The notes under the pieces are model-generated. The model did no database searches and was not told the origin of the DNA. It worked only from the letters and a program-made list of their open reading frames with translations. Source: a virus (taxonomy: Duplodnaviria; Caudoviricetes). Taken from it: a DNA stretch of 38,461 nt. The stretch is from positions 1-38,461 of IMG/VR virus record IMGVR_UViG_3300031991_000113; one strand, written 5' to 3'. Made by a program: the position numbers and the translations under genes. Below, piece after piece: positions 1 through 7,919 of the stretch (the stretch's first letter is position 1; each line of letters opens with the position of its first letter).

Positions 1-552
1 CTATTGAGCGACCGCGTCTTTCTCCGTGACGGCCGAAATGTCGGAAAACCGGACGATGAAGGCGGGTTCGTCCATGCTTCCGGCCTCCGTCAGCGACCTT
101 TCCCGGACGAGCCGGCCAGAGAACTTCACCCATTGGCCTTCGCTCATGTCGGAGAGCTTCTCATAGAGATTGGAACCGCTCTTGATGAGCGTCCGGTCCG
201 AGACGTCGGAGAAACCGTTGTTCCATGTCCCGAAGGTCACCTTGCGGTCGGGGACCGCGATGATCACGATCGCCTCGCCGTTCCCCGTCGTCTCCAACCC
301 GGCAATCTGTCCAAACCAGCCGGCGATCTTTCCCCGGCTCGTGGCCTTGACCACCTGTCGGTTCCGCTCCTTCTTCACGGTCGAGCACTTCAACTCGTTG
401 GGGCAGCTCCCGTAAGCCACCCTCCCGTCCTCGATCGCCTGCAAGGTCTCAATCTGTGCCTTCGGCATATTGACGGTGACCGTCTTTTCTTCCGCACGGG
501 CCGCTGTTGCAGCGAGCACGACGGCAGCGGTGGCGATCATCAGATGGCGCAT
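1..552 (-). CDS. Exported/periplasmic hypothetical protein (possible OB-fold), prophage right-end accessory gene
   Basis: ATG at 552 preceded by AAAAAGGGGGG; N-terminus MRHLMIATAAVVLAATAARA-EE is a Sec signal peptide with an AxA site; stop TAG at 1-3. Confidence 0.7.
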   Translation of the reverse strand: MRHLMIATAAVVLAATAARAEEKTVTVNMPKAQIETLQAIEDGRVAYGSCPNELKCSTVKKERNRQVVKATSRGKIAGWFGQIAGLETTGNGEAIVIIAVPDRKVTFGTWNNGFSDVSDRTLIKSGSNLYEKLSDMSEGQWVKFSGRLVRERSLTEAGSMDEPAFIVRFSDISAVTEKDAVAQ

Positions 553-640
553 AGGCCCCCCCTTTTTGCGTGGTCCGGCCAAGCGATATTCGGGGCCGAC
601 CGCCAGCCCGTCAACTGCGGCCGACCCCTCGTCTTCACAA

Positions 641-652
641 TGTCAAAGAGCG
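641..652 (-). promoter_or_regulatory. boxA-like antitermination element CGCTCTTTGACA
   Basis: Minus strand reads CGCTCTTTGACATTGTGAAG, matching the NusB/NusE boxA consensus (GCTCTTT(A/G)ACA); intergenic. Confidence 0.55.
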
Positions 653-670
653 TGGCCGCCCGGTGGCCCT

Positions 671-1477
671 TCAGTTCGTGACGATCAGCTCGCTCGCTGC
701 CTTCGTCGTCTTTCCGCCGCCGACGGCGTAGGTCGTTTTCGCCCGAGCTATCTTGAAGCGAGCGAACATCGCGCGCGTCTCGCCGCTGTCGTTGATCGAG
801 AGCACGAAGCGCCCCTTGATGCGGCCCAGGGCCGCCACCAGCCGCTCGAAGTCGGCCCGTCGGAAGAGGTCCGCGCCGTAGTAGCGCTCGGTCCCGTGGT
901 AAGGCGGATCGAGATAGAAGAGCGTGTCCGGCCGGTCATAGGTGTCGATGAACTTCTCGAAGTCGAGGCGCTCGATGACCACACCCGCCAGCCGCTCATG
1001 CAGCTCTTCCAGTCGCGGCGCGAGGGTGTTGATGTTGAACCGCGCGCCTTGGCCGAGAGCAACACCAAAGGAGCGCCCCGCGACCTTACCGCCAAAGCTC
1101 AGGCGCTGGAGGTAGATGAAGCGCGCCGCGCGTTCGAGATCGGTCAGAAGGCCTGGATCGGTCGCCACGAGGCGCTCGAAAGCCGCCCGGCTCGTGATCT
1201 GGAATTTCAGCGTCTCCATGAATTGCGGGTAGTGCCGCTGGAGAATACGGAAGAACGTCGCCACGTCGCCGCTGTAATCGTTAATCACTTCGCTCGCCGG
1301 CACCGCACCGCGACGGAAGAACACGCCGCCCATGCCGACAAAAGGCTCCGCATAGGTCTTGTGTGGGATCGCCTCGATCAGCCCGGCGATCCGGCCCGCC
1401 AGATTTCGCTTGCCGCCGACATAGGGCGCGGCAGGCGCCAGCTTCCGAACGCGCTTATTTACTGCTCTAGACTCCAT
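671..1477 (-). CDS. D12-class (Dam-like) N6-adenine DNA methyltransferase in the mom position
   Basis: Motifs PYVGGKR, YAEPFVGMGGVF, EVINDYSGD, catalytic DPPY; start placed at MESRAV (1477) because the longer ORF overlaps two upstream genes. Confidence 0.92.
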   Translation of the reverse strand: MESRAVNKRVRKLAPAAPYVGGKRNLAGRIAGLIEAIPHKTYAEPFVGMGGVFFRRGAVPASEVINDYSGDVATFFRILQRHYPQFMETLKFQITSRAAFERLVATDPGLLTDLERAARFIYLQRLSFGGKVAGRSFGVALGQGARFNINTLAPRLEELHERLAGVVIERLDFEKFIDTYDRPDTLFYLDPPYHGTERYYGADLFRRADFERLVAALGRIKGRFVLSINDSGETRAMFARFKIARAKTTYAVGGGKTTKAASELIVTN

Positions 1478-1656
1478 TCGCAAGGACCGCCTACATTGCC
1501 CCGCCCGTGACACGGGTGCGGGGATGGCCAGAAAACCGGCCGGTTCTGTTCGTGCGAGTTTCACCCTCGCGGCTCTGGGCGTTGACGCGCCCATCCCCCC
1601 GCTCTCATCAGAGCGGAACTCGTTCATCGATCCGTGTGCGGTCCCGACGCCGGGCA
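1478..1656 (-). ncRNA. Candidate structured cis-regulatory leader of the methyltransferase
   Basis: Dense hairpins at 1499-1523, 1554-1570, 1577-1592, 1599-1616 and 1643-1654, plus long-range pairing of 1518-1527 with 1591-1602. Confidence 0.45.
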
Positions 1657-2046
1657 TCAGTAAAAATACATCTCGAAATTGACGGCGCCGGCCAAAGCCC
1701 GAAAGATGCAGTGCTCCAGATTGTCTCCAGCGAAAAAAAGCATCTCGCGAGCGCCGGTCATGAAGCCCTGTCCCGCCGCCAGCTTCGCGTCGTCCCCGTC
1801 GAGCCTCCACTTCACTTCGCCGTTGACCTGCAACATGACCCGTGTCGCATCCGCCGGCTTTTGGGTGCTGAGCGCGAACGCCGCCGGGTCGGCCGGAGCG
1901 ATCGTCACCGATTTGTGCCGGGCCGCGAAAGGCACTTCCGTAATCCACGGCGCATCGAGATTGCGGGCGTGGGTGACCTCCATGCCCTTCGCTGGCGCGT
2001 GCATGTCCGACTTGAGAACCTTGCCGTCGGGAAGTGTGTCTCTCAT
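1657..2046 (-). CDS. Hypothetical beta-rich protein
   Basis: ATGA overlap with the upstream gene, GGAG RBS, host-like codon use; VKWRLDG motif, ends EMYFY. Confidence 0.7.
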   Translation of the reverse strand: MRDTLPDGKVLKSDMHAPAKGMEVTHARNLDAPWITEVPFAARHKSVTIAPADPAAFALSTQKPADATRVMLQVNGEVKWRLDGDDAKLAAGQGFMTGAREMLFFAGDNLEHCIFRALAGAVNFEMYFY

Positions 2047-2372
2047 TGAAGTTCTCCGTTGGAGTTGACCGCAAACCGGAGATCATGCTCCAGCTTGTTG
2101 CACAGCGCGTCGAAGTTCCGGTCGTCACGCATATCCTCGACCCTGCGCATGGCGTGGCGCACCGTGGTGCGGTCGCGGCCGAACAGACGGCCGGTCTCCC
2201 GATAGCCAAGATTGAGTGTGATGCCCGCGAGATACATCCCCAAAGCCCGGCGCTCGGCGATGTCGCGTCTCTGCCGCGTCGGCGCGAAGAGGAGATGCTC
2301 CGGTGTCGCGAGCACCTCCGCAAGGCGAGGGCGGAGTACATGTTTAGCCACGGTTCTTTGTTGTGCGTTCAT
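2043..2372 (-). CDS. DnaA C-terminal (domain IV)-like HTH protein, GafY-like subtype
   Basis: RALGMYLA...LGYRETGRLFGRDRTTVRHAMRRVEDMRDDRNFD; ATGA overlap at 2369-2372. Confidence 0.8.
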   Translation of the reverse strand: MNAQQRTVAKHVLRPRLAEVLATPEHLLFAPTRQRRDIAERRALGMYLAGITLNLGYRETGRLFGRDRTTVRHAMRRVEDMRDDRNFDALCNKLEHDLRFAVNSNGELQ

Positions 2373-2959
2373 AGCTGCGCCCTGAGCGCCGCGATCTGTG
2401 TATCGACGTCCGCCAGCCATCCGCCGTCCGTGCCAAGCACGGCTTCACGCATTCGGCGCGGGGTCACGGCCGCCTCCAGTGCGGCGATCTGGCCCTTGGT
2501 GACGTCAGACGAGGAAGGTGGCGGCGGGTCTACGGCAACCGGCCTGCCGCCGGTGTCGCCCGCTATGTGCTGACCGTTGGTCTGTGCGGCGAGCAAGGCG
2601 GCGTGCTCAGCCGCCGTGATCTCGACGGCGTCGGCGGGAATTTTCGTCGCCGCGTTTTCGATCTCCACGAGCGGGTGCTCGGCGCCTATGTCGGGAACGT
2701 CGACAAGCGGCGGCGTCGCATCCATGTCGGGGACATCGATCGTCGGACGGGTCCAATTGGGGTCGGGAACTTCCTCGCCGTCGATGATGACAAACGGCGC
2801 CAGCGCGTCCATGTCGGGAACGGATTTGAGCGGACGTGTCCACGCCGGATCGGGGATCGTCGTGGTCGGGCGTTGCCAGTTGGGGTCCGGTATGGCGAGC
2901 GTGCGCGGGCCGTGAATGGCGTCATCGTAGAAGCCGCCCGTCGATGCTGAATAGTACAT
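2369..2959 (-). CDS. Tail fibre assembly protein with internal 12-aa repeats
   Basis: Family-typical MYYSASTGGFYDDAIHG...IPADAVEITAAEHAALL...GRPVAVDPPPP directly after the fibre gene; GAGGA RBS. Confidence 0.8.
   Translation of the reverse strand: MYYSASTGGFYDDAIHGPRTLAIPDPNWQRPTTTIPDPAWTRPLKSVPDMDALAPFVIIDGEEVPDPNWTRPTIDVPDMDATPPLVDVPDIGAEHPLVEIENAATKIPADAVEITAAEHAALLAAQTNGQHIAGDTGGRPVAVDPPPPSSSDVTKGQIAALEAAVTPRRMREAVLGTDGGWLADVDTQIAALRAQL
2663..2893 (-). repeat. Six degenerate 36-bp / 12-aa repeats ([IV]PDxxxxxPxxx)
   Basis: IPDPNWQRPTTT, IPDPAWTRPLKS, VPDMDALAPFVI, (IDGEE), VPDPNWTRPTID, VPDMDATPPLVD, VPDIGAEHPLVE. Confidence 0.85.
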
Positions 2960-2971
2960 AATGGTCTTTCC

Positions 2972-4186
2972 TCAATAGCCGATGGCGAGCCAATAGGAGC
3001 CCTGATCGTCGCGGCCGATCGTCGCCCCCGTCACAGAGAAACTGACGACGTTGCTGTAGTTGTTGGCCAGTACCGCGCTGTTCGTTTTGGCGGAATTCTG
3101 CATCGACAGACAGGCGTTGGGGAACGTGATGGGGAACGTGATCGCCTGATACCCGGGCCCGGTCACCGCCGAGAAACCCCATTGAACGATGAGACCGCCG
3201 GGAAGCTTTTGATAACCGTTGGTGGCAAGCGATTGATTGCCACCCTTGAGAGCGGTGTTCAGCGCGGCGCCGTCGATGATCTTGCCGGCCGTAAATGCCT
3301 GGGCCTCGGCGGCGGTCGCCAACGCCACGCTATTCGTGTTTGTATGAACAAGCCAAGCGCCACCATCTGATGTGATACGGGCGCTCTCGCCCGGCTTCAG
3401 TTGGAACGAGTTTGCGTTCTGCACACCGCCATAAAATAAAGAGGGTGACGACAGCGTTATATCGCCGGCGTGATCGGCGCGATTTACCACCCAGAAAGTC
3501 CAGCCGGAGCCAAAAGTATTTGCGGCTGGCACAGTCAGTGTTAGGCCCCCCACGGTAAAAGAAATCACAGCGTTCTTGTCGGCGGCAACAAGTGCATAGT
3601 TCGCGCCTTTGCCGAAAACGCCGGAGATAACCGCCGAGTCGACGTATTGCTTCGTCGCCGCTTCGAGCGCAAGCGCCGGGTCGGTACCGAGTTCGAAGCG
3701 ACCACTCTCCTTGAATTTGAAGTTGGCCGAGATGGCAGCGGCGGCCGTGAGCAACCTGATCTGCACTTCGGTCAGACCGTTGTCTCCGTCACCGACAGAA
3801 ACGAGTTGTGCGAATTTGCCTGTGCCGTCACCTCTGCGCAGCCGGGCATGCGAGCCACCGGCGCCCAGCCCGTTGCTCGTCTGCCGCAAAATGGCGCCCT
3901 CGGCGGCCGTGGCGATGTCGAGCTGTCCGGACATCGTGTCGCCGGTCTTGGAAACCTTGCCGGCCGCCGCCGCGAGGATCGCCTGCTTCAACTGCGTGCG
4001 GTCGTTTCCGTTGAGAGGACCGAGCAGGCCCTCGATCGCGTTCGCGATTTCTTCCTGAATGGCGTTCCAGATCGCGGCGTTCATGTAGGTCGGTGGAGTG
4101 GCTGTCAACGGATCGCCGTCCCTCCACCCGTGTTTGCCGGCACCGAAGAGATCGGCTGCCTTCGTCACCGTGTCGATGCGCTGCAT
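2972..4186 (-). CDS. Tail fibre protein
   Basis: Mu gp49-like N-terminus (MQRID...GWRDGDP...WNAIQEEIANAI), AATKQYVD motif, C-terminal gp53-like domain NGYQKLPGGLIVQWG...YWLAIGY; follows the baseplate genes. Confidence 0.88.
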   Translation of the reverse strand: MQRIDTVTKAADLFGAGKHGWRDGDPLTATPPTYMNAAIWNAIQEEIANAIEGLLGPLNGNDRTQLKQAILAAAAGKVSKTGDTMSGQLDIATAAEGAILRQTSNGLGAGGSHARLRRGDGTGKFAQLVSVGDGDNGLTEVQIRLLTAAAAISANFKFKESGRFELGTDPALALEAATKQYVDSAVISGVFGKGANYALVAADKNAVISFTVGGLTLTVPAANTFGSGWTFWVVNRADHAGDITLSSPSLFYGGVQNANSFQLKPGESARITSDGGAWLVHTNTNSVALATAAEAQAFTAGKIIDGAALNTALKGGNQSLATNGYQKLPGGLIVQWGFSAVTGPGYQAITFPITFPNACLSMQNSAKTNSAVLANNYSNVVSFSVTGATIGRDDQGSYWLAIGY

Positions 4187-4767
4187 CAGTTCGCTCCGTA
4201 GCTGAAAAGGACGTGAAGATGGGAATGCGTGTGCTGGCGGATGTTGCACTCAAGGACTTCGTTGCCCCAGTTCCGCAAGGGCTCGTCGCAGCCCGAATTG
4301 CAGCTTGCGACGCGGATCGTCACCTCGGGTGCATTGACGCGATAGACGAAGCGCCATTCGGCCGAATAAATCGCAGTGTCGCATGCGCTCTCGCACGTCG
4401 CCGGGTCGAATTCCGTGATTGTGATCTCGTAGCCGAGCGCGGCGGCGAGCCCGATGAGATACGAGCGGGACTGGCCGCCGCGCATCGTGTACTTCTGCAC
4501 CACGCGCTCGCGGCGGCCTTCCAGCGTCTGAACATCGCCCGCGCATGGATCGGGAAGCCCGAGCACGCGCTCCCAGTCGGCAAGCAGTTCCAGCGTCGTT
4601 CGCGGGTCCGCCTCTTCGATCAGATTGCGGGCGCGCCGATCGACATTTGCCAGCTCGGTGCCGACGGTGCCGATGAGCCTGGTAAGCGCCGCTTCGGGCT
4701 CACGTGGCCAGGCGAGCCCACGCGGCAGGAGCGATTGAAGTTGATCGGTGTAGGCGGCCCCGTCCAT
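4186..4767 (-). CDS. Baseplate protein, Mu gp48/YmfQ (DUF2313)-like
   Basis: LQSLLPRGLAWPR, ELLADWERVLGLPD, GGQSRSY, LECNIRQHTHSH. Confidence 0.9.
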   Translation of the reverse strand: MDGAAYTDQLQSLLPRGLAWPREPEAALTRLIGTVGTELANVDRRARNLIEEADPRTTLELLADWERVLGLPDPCAGDVQTLEGRRERVVQKYTMRGGQSRSYLIGLAAALGYEITITEFDPATCESACDTAIYSAEWRFVYRVNAPEVTIRVASCNSGCDEPLRNWGNEVLECNIRQHTHSHLHVLFSYGAN

Positions 4768-5837
4768 CAGGCGCCCCATGCGATGTTGCCGAGCCGCGCG
4801 ATGTGTCCGGCGGCGGAGGCGACATCGCCGGCCGGCGCGGTGAGTACATGGCTAAATTCGCCAGCCGCCGCGCTGATGGCTTCGGCGAGGCGCGAATGCG
4901 GGAGCGTGCCGCCGGGTTCCGCCTCCCGGATCATCATGTCGCCGAGTTCGGCGGCGACGAGCGTTCTGAGCGTGGCCGTGTCTGGCGTCAGCGCGATCGT
5001 GAAGTCGATGAGATCGACGACGGGCGCGAAGATGGTGACGGCGGCGGTGACCGGCCGCACTTCGTCGAGCCAGGCGGCGACGGCGGCGAGCACCGGCGCG
5101 GTGGGGATCGAGCCGTCGGGCATGATGAACGAGACGCCGACGGTGCCAAGGCCCATATGAGCTGGATAGACCCACACCTTCGTCTTGCCGACGACGTCCT
5201 GCACCCAGCCGCGCCAATCCGCTTCATTGCCGCCGTCGGCCGGCTCCTGCATGCGCTCGATGATCCGCGCGCGATAGCTGTCCGGTCCCTCGATGTCCGC
5301 GCCGCCGATGACGCCATTGCCGGCGCCGTCGTTCGCGACGATCGCCACGGACGCGACGCCGCCGATCGGCGCGATGAGCGTGAGGCGCGTTCCGATGGCG
5401 GCGTTGCCGGCCGCTCCGGCCTTCGTCGCCGCGATCGCCACGGCGACGTTGCCACCGACGCCGATCGCCGCATCGGCGGAAGTGAGATAACGCTCGTCGT
5501 CGCTGCGGCGCAGCTCCGTGCCGGCGAAGATGACCGAACCGGCTGCGCCGGTGAAAGTCGCGAGGCCGGCGGCGGCCAAAGGGTCTGTCCGGGTCACGGG
5601 CGGGCGGAGAAGCGAGCCGTGACGGTCGAGCCGATCGTCATCGCATGTGTCTACGAAGAGCTGCTTTGCGTTCCAGTCGAGGTGCCCGTGCAGCTCATGG
5701 CTCGCGATCGCCGTCGCGCGGACGATGCCGCTTTCGACCGAGCGGCGCTGGCGAGGATCGGCGCCGTCGAACTGCCGTTCAACCTCTCCGGACAGCCGGT
5801 CGCGGATTTCGACGGGTGTTGGGCGGGCATAGGGCAT
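4767..5837 (-). CDS. Baseplate J / Mu gp47-like wedge protein
   Basis: MPYARPT start, GGADIEGPDSYRARIIER, GGNEADW, VRPVTA. Confidence 0.92.
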   Translation of the reverse strand: MPYARPTPVEIRDRLSGEVERQFDGADPRQRRSVESGIVRATAIASHELHGHLDWNAKQLFVDTCDDDRLDRHGSLLRPPVTRTDPLAAAGLATFTGAAGSVIFAGTELRRSDDERYLTSADAAIGVGGNVAVAIAATKAGAAGNAAIGTRLTLIAPIGGVASVAIVANDGAGNGVIGGADIEGPDSYRARIIERMQEPADGGNEADWRGWVQDVVGKTKVWVYPAHMGLGTVGVSFIMPDGSIPTAPVLAAVAAWLDEVRPVTAAVTIFAPVVDLIDFTIALTPDTATLRTLVAAELGDMMIREAEPGGTLPHSRLAEAISAAAGEFSHVLTAPAGDVASAAGHIARLGNIAWGA

Positions 5838-6301
5838 CAGGCGGCCTCCGACGTATCGCCGAGACCGGCCGCCGCGCTGAACTCGAAATTTCCGACGCCG
5901 CCCTGGCGCAGTTCGATCGCGATCGCGAGGCCGAGCCATCCGCGCGCGCGCCAGACGGCCGAGACCCTTACCTCGGTCGCGACATTCTCATCGATCAGCC
6001 ATGTGAGCGCCTCGCGCGCATATTCCTCGGCGCGCCGCCGCGTCTCCTCGGTCTGCTTCGCCCGGCGCAGAAGCCAGAGCCGCGATCCGAAGAGATCGCC
6101 ATCGACGGAAGAGAGCGCATCGCCGATCCAGCCGCGACGGTCGTTATCGCCGGAGGGGAGCGCATCGTCCGCGCGGGCGCGGCGGTCGGTGAAGAGAGAG
6201 AGGAGGACGGCGGTCGCGAGCGTGTTGTCGGTTGCGATCCCGCCCGCGTCGACGGCAAGGTCGCCGGTCATCAGCTCGTCATTCCAGCGGAGCGCAATCA
6301 C
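5837..6301 (-). CDS. Mu gp46-like baseplate protein
   Basis: LATAVLLSLFTDRRA, RRGWIGD, GSRLWLLRRAK, AEEYAREALTWL. Confidence 0.92.
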   Translation of the reverse strand: MIALRWNDELMTGDLAVDAGGIATDNTLATAVLLSLFTDRRARADDALPSGDNDRRGWIGDALSSVDGDLFGSRLWLLRRAKQTEETRRRAEEYAREALTWLIDENVATEVRVSAVWRARGWLGLAIAIELRQGGVGNFEFSAAAGLGDTSEAA

Positions 6302-6858
6302 GGCACCATTTCCTCATTCGGAGTTCCGGTAATGCCGCCACTGTCGCCCGGGTGGTGATGGTCGTTGTAGACGGAACGCATTCCGCTCATGGTCATGCCG
6401 TCGGTGTCGCTACGGTCCTTGATCTCGCCGGTGCATTCAAACATCGGCGTTTCGCACCTGACCTTCGGCGCGTTCTTGATCGTGACCGGCAGGTTCGCGG
6501 CCTCTATGACGATGCCATCGCGCGTCAACCACACGCGCTGGCCGAGATCGTCATAAAGTGTGACCTCGCCCTCTCGGAGATCGCGCGGCCGGTAGCGCGG
6601 ATCGTCGAGCGCGGCAACGAGCGGGTGATCGCGATTGCCGCCCGGAAAGACGACGAGCGCCAGCGAGCCCGCGAACGGATAAGCGCTATGACCGTAATTC
6701 TGGATGCGCGTGGCGGCGTTGCGCACCTCGCCGGCGAGCAACGCCACCTGCAAGCGCTGGAGCTCACCGCCGTCCTCGACGAGTTTCACGATCGCCTTCG
6801 CGACCATCAGCATGACGCGCTGGCGCAGCGGCTCCAGCATGCGCTTGACCGCCTTCAT
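6298..6858 (-). CDS. Baseplate spike, Mu gp45 / gpV-like
   Basis: QNYG, GGNRDH, DDPRYRP, LREGEVTLYD, C-terminal metal-binding YNDHHHPG; start MKAVKR at 6858. Confidence 0.9.
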   Translation of the reverse strand: MKAVKRMLEPLRQRVMLMVAKAIVKLVEDGGELQRLQVALLAGEVRNAATRIQNYGHSAYPFAGSLALVVFPGGNRDHPLVAALDDPRYRPRDLREGEVTLYDDLGQRVWLTRDGIVIEAANLPVTIKNAPKVRCETPMFECTGEIKDRSDTDGMTMSGMRSVYNDHHHPGDSGGITGTPNEEMVP

Positions 6859-7919
6859 TCCACACCCATCAAACTGGTATCCGCCGTTTCCGGCTCCGGC
6901 TCCGGCAACAGGTCGTAAGCATCCCGGGGGGCGAGCTTGAGATCGGCGTGCGAGCCGTTCTCGTCGAGCGTGAGGCCGACCGAGACGATGAGCAGCTCCT
7001 CGTTGATGCCAAGATAGGGATCGACCACCGGGATGAGCGTGTTCTGCCGCCAGAGCTCGCCGCCCGCGTCGCGCCAGCCCGCCACCGTGTAGCTCACGCT
7101 CCGCGAGCGACCGCGCGCGAAGCGCACCTGCCATGCCGCGCGATCGGCAAAACTCACCTCGCCGCCGGCTTGCTCGGCGACGATGACGGTCGGGCGATAT
7201 CGGTTCACCGACGGGTCTTTCGCGCGCCCCTCGGGCGACACCGCCACTTCGGGATCGACGCCGTCCACGTTCTCCTGCTGGCCGCGCACGACGACGAGGC
7301 TGAAGCGCTCGCGATAGCTGAACGTGCCCGTGGCACGCTCGATGTTCTCGCCCAGCGTGAGCGCGCCTGCGGCCCTTCCGCCGCGCCCCGCCCGTGTCAG
7401 GACGAGCGAGCCGAGGCCGTCGCCATTGGGCAGGACGGCGCGATACCGGCAGGCACGCTCGATCGCTTCCCATGCCGTCTCGCCCGGTTGAATGGCGAAG
7501 CGCGCGAACGGTGCGCCGAGGCCGACTTCCGCCCGCACGGCGACGCCGAAGGGCTTGGCGATGCGTGCCGCGATCTCGCCAAGCCCGATGTCCAGATATT
7601 CATGATCGCCGTCGACAACGGCCGCGCTGTCGACGAGATCGCCGATGCGGCATCGGCCGGGCAATCTGATTTCGTGGCTGGCCGCGTCGTAATCGGCCTC
7701 GACGTCGTCTATGTAGCCATCGACGATCGCGGCGCCGTCGATCAGCAATTTGCACGGTGAGCCCGGCACGATCGGACGGTGCGTCTTTTGCCCCGCCCAC
7801 TTCTCCGTCACCGAGAGGTTGAAGATGGTCGCGCCCTGTTCGATGGAGGATTGAAGCTCGATCCCCTTCCAGCCGCCATAGAGCTGCCCGGCGATCGCGA
7901 GCGAAATGTTTTCAGCCAT
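6855..7919 (-). CDS. Baseplate hub, Mu gp44/gpP-like
   Basis: YGGWKGI, GYIDDV, DLVDSAA, IQPGETAWEAIER, RYRPTVIVAE, VAGWRD. Confidence 0.9.
   Translation of the reverse strand: MAENISLAIAGQLYGGWKGIELQSSIEQGATIFNLSVTEKWAGQKTHRPIVPGSPCKLLIDGAAIVDGYIDDVEADYDAASHEIRLPGRCRIGDLVDSAAVVDGDHEYLDIGLGEIAARIAKPFGVAVRAEVGLGAPFARFAIQPGETAWEAIERACRYRAVLPNGDGLGSLVLTRAGRGGRAAGALTLGENIERATGTFSYRERFSLVVVRGQQENVDGVDPEVAVSPEGRAKDPSVNRYRPTVIVAEQAGGEVSFADRAAWQVRFARGRSRSVSYTVAGWRDAGGELWRQNTLIPVVDPYLGINEELLIVSVGLTLDENGSHADLKLAPRDAYDLLPEPEPETADTSLMGVE

Noticed and set aside
553-670. Right prophage end between the MTase and the first gene
   Set aside because: No TCCGA-TG junction or inverted TTTGGCAG repeats found; the end is probably left of the window
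1478-2341. 556-aa extended version of the methyltransferase ORF
   Set aside because: The extension overlaps two well-coupled genes in other frames and reads as shadow sequence; MTase motifs begin right after Met at 1477
2663-2893. CRISPR-like array
   Set aside because: The repeats are degenerate, in-frame coding units without unique spacers, and no cas genes are present
2369-4186. Invertible G-segment or diversity-generating retroelement at the tail fibre
   Set aside because: No invertase, no duplicate inverted fibre genes, and no reverse transcriptase or TR/VR pair seen
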